Source: Myxococcales bacterium
Lineage (GTDB): Bacteria; Myxococcota_A; Polyangia; Polyangiales; Houyiibacteriaceae
Assembly: GCA_029862185.1 (NCBI GenBank)
Contig: JAOTXX010000002.1
Coordinates: forward strand, 23,162-87,161
Direction: 5' to 3'
Length of the DNA: 64,000 nucleotides
The position numbers were made by a program, and so were the translations under genes. Below the pieces are notes generated by a model that was given only the letters and a program-made list of their open reading frames with translations, had not been told where the DNA came from and did no database searches. Within the stretch, counting starts at the first letter, position 1. Each line of letters starts with the position of its first letter. Of the stretch, positions 60,558-64,000 are shown in pieces.

Positions 60558-61844
60558 ATGACCGCGACGCCTCTCTATCGCTCCCGCCCCTCTGGCTTCG
60601 ACATTCAGCCGGCCTCGCAGCCCGCGGCTCGCAGGATCAACGACTTCATTTATCTCTCGGAGGGGCTTTCCAACTCGTATTTGATCACGACAGTCGAAGG
60701 GCGCGTAGTGGTCAACGCTGGGATGGGGTTCGAAGCGCCGATTCACAAACGAAATTACGACGCCATCGATGAGAGCCCGCTTCGCTACATCCTGCTCACG
60801 CAAGGCCACGTCGACCACGTCGGCGGCGTCGACCTGATGCGGGAGGAAGGGACCAAGCTCGTCGCCCACGCCCGCAACCAAGCACATCAGGCCGACGACG
60901 CACGCATCGCGTCGTTTCGAGCCTCGCGTAGTGCGTTCGCCTTTGCTGATGCAATCGCGCGTGCTTGGACCTACATTCAACAACAGGTTGGCGGCGGGAT
61001 CCCCGCGCAGTCGCGTCCGATTCCTGACATCACCTTCGAAGCGCGCCACGAGCTCGAGCTGGGCGGGCTTCGGATGGAGCTCATCTGGACACCGGGCGGG
61101 GAGACGACCGACTCGATGGTCATCTGGTTGCCGGAGCACGGGATCTGCTTCACCGGCAATCTCTTCAGCGCGCTGTTTGGACACTTTCCGAATCTCGTCA
61201 CGGTGCGGGGCGATCGGTATCGCGAGGCGCTGGGCTTCATCGACTCGCTCGAGACCGTGCTAGCGCTCGAGCCCGAGCTGCTGCTGCCCGGGCATCACGG
61301 ACCGGTCGCGGGCAAGGAGACCATTCGCGAGGAGCTGACACGGCTTCGCGATGCGGTTCGCTACGTCCACGATCAAACCGTGCGGGGCATGAATCACGGC
61401 AAGGACGTCCACACCCTCATGCGCGAGATTCAGCTGCCGCCGGAGCTGGACGTAGGCGAAGGGTACGGAAAAGTGGACTGGAGCGTGCGGGCGATCTGGG
61501 AGACCTATGCTGGCTGGTTTCACCACAGCTCGACGACAGAGCTGTATTCGGTGCCCCCTTCGAGCGTATACGACGATTGGATAGCACTCGCCGGCGGCGC
61601 AGACGTCGTGGCGCGGCGCGCCGGCAAGAAGCTGAGCGGAGGCGAGCCGCTCCAGGCGATTCACCTCGCCGAAGCCGCGCTCCACGCTTCGCCGAGGAAC
61701 ATCGCCGCGCTCGAGGTCATGATCCGCGCGCACGAGCAGCTCGAACGCGAGAGCGAAAACTTCTGGCTGACGCAGTGGCTTCGCAAGCAGCTCGCAGCGC
61801 TTCGTCCGACCCTCGAAGCCGCACAGAGGGGGGATTCGAAGTGA
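60558..61844 (+). CDS. metallo-beta-lactamase-fold alkyl/aryl sulfatase (SdsA1-like, with dimerisation domain)
   Basis: TQGHVDHVGG, PGGETTD, FPNLVTVRG.RYR, PGH..P, YVHDQT..GMN.G, YGKV.W.VRAIWE.Y.GWF. Confidence 0.85.
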   Translation: MTATPLYRSRPSGFDIQPASQPAARRINDFIYLSEGLSNSYLITTVEGRVVVNAGMGFEAPIHKRNYDAIDESPLRYILLTQGHVDHVGGVDLMREEGTKLVAHARNQAHQADDARIASFRASRSAFAFADAIARAWTYIQQQVGGGIPAQSRPIPDITFEARHELELGGLRMELIWTPGGETTDSMVIWLPEHGICFTGNLFSALFGHFPNLVTVRGDRYREALGFIDSLETVLALEPELLLPGHHGPVAGKETIREELTRLRDAVRYVHDQTVRGMNHGKDVHTLMREIQLPPELDVGEGYGKVDWSVRAIWETYAGWFHHSSTTELYSVPPSSVYDDWIALAGGADVVARRAGKKLSGGEPLQAIHLAEAALHASPRNIAALEVMIRAHEQLERESENFWLTQWLRKQLAALRPTLEAAQRGDSK

Positions 61845-63100
61845 TCGAGCGGGTGAACGACATTCGAATCGACGACCTCGGTGCGCCAGTCCTCACGCCC
61901 ATGCAAAAGATGGTGGTCGAGAGCTTTGCCGGTGCGGAGGTCGAGCTCAGCGAGGATGCGGTGCTGACCGAGGCCCGGACGCGAACTGGGCTTTCCGAAT
62001 TTGGACCGGAAGATTTCCGCGAGCGCTTGGCCGTCTGGTGCCGCGCGGTCGACGAGGATGCAGAGCTCGGGCCGATGGGGCGGGTTCGGTTCTTTGGCGA
62101 CATGGTGCGCTACGCCTCGAACCGGTTGCGGTTTCACGACGTTCTTCGGCGACACCCGGAAATTCTCGACCTGGAGATCCGCACCCCGATCATCATTGCA
62201 GGGCTTCCCCGCTCGGGGACCACGCACCTGCTCAACTTGATCGCCGCAGACAGCCGACTCCGATCGCTTCCCTATTGGGAGAGCCTCGAGCCAATTCCCG
62301 ATCCGAGCCATGTGCCCGGGCGCAAAGCGGAGGACCCGCGCTACCTGAAGTGCACCGCCGAACATCAGATGCTCGGTCAGGTCGCCCCCTTACTCAAGAA
62401 CATGCACGACCTGGCTCCCGACCATGTTCACGAAGAAATCGAGGTCGCAAATCTCGATTTTTCGTCCTACCAGCCCGAGTGGCTTGCCGTGGTTCCGCGT
62501 TGGCGTGACTACTACTACGCCCACGATCAGCGCCCGCACTACGAGTACATGAAGAACGTGCTCAAGGCCCTGCAGTGGATGCGAGGTCCCGATCGATGGG
62601 TCCTGAAGTCGCCCCAACATCTGGAGCAGCTTGGCCCCCTGATCGAGACGTTTCCGGATGCGACCGTGGCCATCACGCATCGAGACCCGGTGTCCGTGGT
62701 CGCTTCGGCGATCACGATGCTCACCTACGGGGACCGCCTGCGGCGCACCAGGGTGGATCCGCCCGCCGTGGCGGCGTATTGGATCGATCGGGTCGAACGA
62801 CTTCTGCGCGCCTGCGTGCGTGACCGCGAGCTTTTGCCTGAATCGCGAAGCATCGACGTGCTCTTCCACGAGTTCATGGCAGACGATGTGGCAATGGTGG
62901 AGCGCATCTACGAGGTCGCGGGCATCGAGATGAACGGTGACGCGAGGTCCGCGCTCGAACGCTACATGGCCGCGAACCCCCGCGGGAAGCACGGCCGCAT
63001 CGTGTACGACCTTCCAGGCGATTTCGGGGTCGACCCAGAGCTGCTTCGCAAGCGCTTCGATTTCTACTACGAACGATTCCCTATCAAGGCGGAGAGATGA
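61841..63100 (+). CDS. PAPS-dependent sulfotransferase (Sulfotransfer_3 type)
   Basis: 5'-PSB loop IAGLPRSGTT, WVLKSPQH, 3'-PB THRDP...AS. GTGA overlap with the sulfatase. Confidence 0.88.
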   Translation: MIERVNDIRIDDLGAPVLTPMQKMVVESFAGAEVELSEDAVLTEARTRTGLSEFGPEDFRERLAVWCRAVDEDAELGPMGRVRFFGDMVRYASNRLRFHDVLRRHPEILDLEIRTPIIIAGLPRSGTTHLLNLIAADSRLRSLPYWESLEPIPDPSHVPGRKAEDPRYLKCTAEHQMLGQVAPLLKNMHDLAPDHVHEEIEVANLDFSSYQPEWLAVVPRWRDYYYAHDQRPHYEYMKNVLKALQWMRGPDRWVLKSPQHLEQLGPLIETFPDATVAITHRDPVSVVASAITMLTYGDRLRRTRVDPPAVAAYWIDRVERLLRACVRDRELLPESRSIDVLFHEFMADDVAMVERIYEVAGIEMNGDARSALERYMAANPRGKHGRIVYDLPGDFGVDPELLRKRFDFYYERFPIKAER

Positions 63101-64000
63101 TCAAGCAGGTCAAGATTCACGGTCCGGGCAAGGTTGGACTCGATGATGCGGAGAAACCCGAGCCGGGGCCTCGTGACGCCATAGTGCGCGTTGCGGCCTG
63201 CGGCGTCTGTGGCACCGACGTCCGATACGTTCGCATGGGGGGTCTCGGGCGTGCCATGCCGCTCGGGCACGAGCTCTCCGGGGTCATCGCGTCTGTGGGC
63301 GTCGAAGTGTCCGATCTGAAGCCAGGAATGCGGGTCGTGCTCAACCCGACCGCGTCGGCGAACATGATCGGCAACGGCGGCTCCGAAGGTGGCTTCACGC
63401 AGGAGCTCCTGGTTCGAAACGCTGCCGACGGCGGTTGCCTGTTTCCAATCCCCGATGCGCTTCCGATGCACCTTGCCGCGCTCTCGGAGCCGCTCGGCGT
63501 TGGGATGAACGCGGTCGACCGGACGGATGTCGCGCCGGGGGACAAAGTCGCGGTCTTCGGGGCCGGCCCCATCGGGCTTTCCGCAATCGCCACCCTGCGT
63601 GACCGAGGCATCACGGATGTCGTCGCCATCGATCTCTCGCCGCGGCGGCTGGGGCTGGCCACCGCACTTGGCGCGCGCGCGACGGTGAACGCTTCGGAAC
63701 GGGACCCTTGGGTCGAGCTCAAGAAGCTTCATGGCGAAGCCCCGCTGATGGGTGCGCCGATGGCAGGCACCGACGCCTACATCGAGGCGTCCGGCGCGGG
63801 CAAGGTGATCACCGACGTCCTGCAAAACGCAAAGGCCGAGTCACGCCTCACGGTGGTGGCGCTCCACGAGCAGTCGGTCAACGTGAGCTTCCTTTGGGTC
63901 ATGATGAAGCAGATGACGATCCGCGGTGCGATGGAGTATCCGGCGGACTACAGAGAGGCTGTCGAGCTGCTGACCCGCTGGGACCTCTCGCCGATGATCA
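63097..64000 (+). CDS. zinc-binding medium-chain dehydrogenase, truncated at the window end (not in the ORF track)
   Basis: MIKQVKIHGPG...ACGVCGTD...PLGHELSG...VAVFGAGPIG. ATGA overlap with the sulfotransferase. Confidence 0.88.
   Translation, partial: MIKQVKIHGPGKVGLDDAEKPEPGPRDAIVRVAACGVCGTDVRYVRMGGLGRAMPLGHELSGVIASVGVEVSDLKPGMRVVLNPTASANMIGNGGSEGGFTQELLVRNAADGGCLFPIPDALPMHLAALSEPLGVGMNAVDRTDVAPGDKVAVFGAGPIGLSAIATLRDRGITDVVAIDLSPRRLGLATALGARATVNASERDPWVELKKLHGEAPLMGAPMAGTDAYIEASGAGKVITDVLQNAKAESRLTVVALHEQSVNVSFLWVMMKQMTIRGAMEYPADYREAVELLTRWDLSPMI

Overview
High-GC bacterial chromosome segment with about 60 densely packed genes. It is most consistent with a Myxococcota/Polyangia-type organism (inferred from a MYXO-CTERM-like sorting tail, many lipoproteins and deltaproteobacterial-type conserved proteins). 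I saw no rRNA, tRNA, CRISPR array or transposase. Recognisable functions include glycogen branching enzyme plus an amylosucrase-like enzyme, pfk, surface-polysaccharide genes, pcm, mesaconyl-CoA hydratase, PSRP, panBC, ftsEX-envC, a GH2 beta-galactosidase and thiC under a TPP riboswitch. The best candidate for an undescribed system is at 4-16 kb. There a wHTH regulator/membrane protein/CrtD-like desaturase operon diverges, across an AT-rich palindromic region, from an ABC-HlyD-TolC exporter whose ATPase motifs are all degenerate. It is followed by Dps, a possible UbiB-like pseudokinase lobe and several enzyme families that act on isoprenoids or lipids. Other points of interest: a class III aminotransferase coupled to a kinase-fold DUF6206-like protein; a secreted mammalian-type peroxidase facing a surface-anchored di-heme beta-propeller; an unannotated 44-aa Arg/Lys-rich ORF; a sulfatase-sulfotransferase-dehydrogenase operon; and a head-to-head double gene truncation near 19.09 kb. 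All family assignments come from motif recognition, not database searches.
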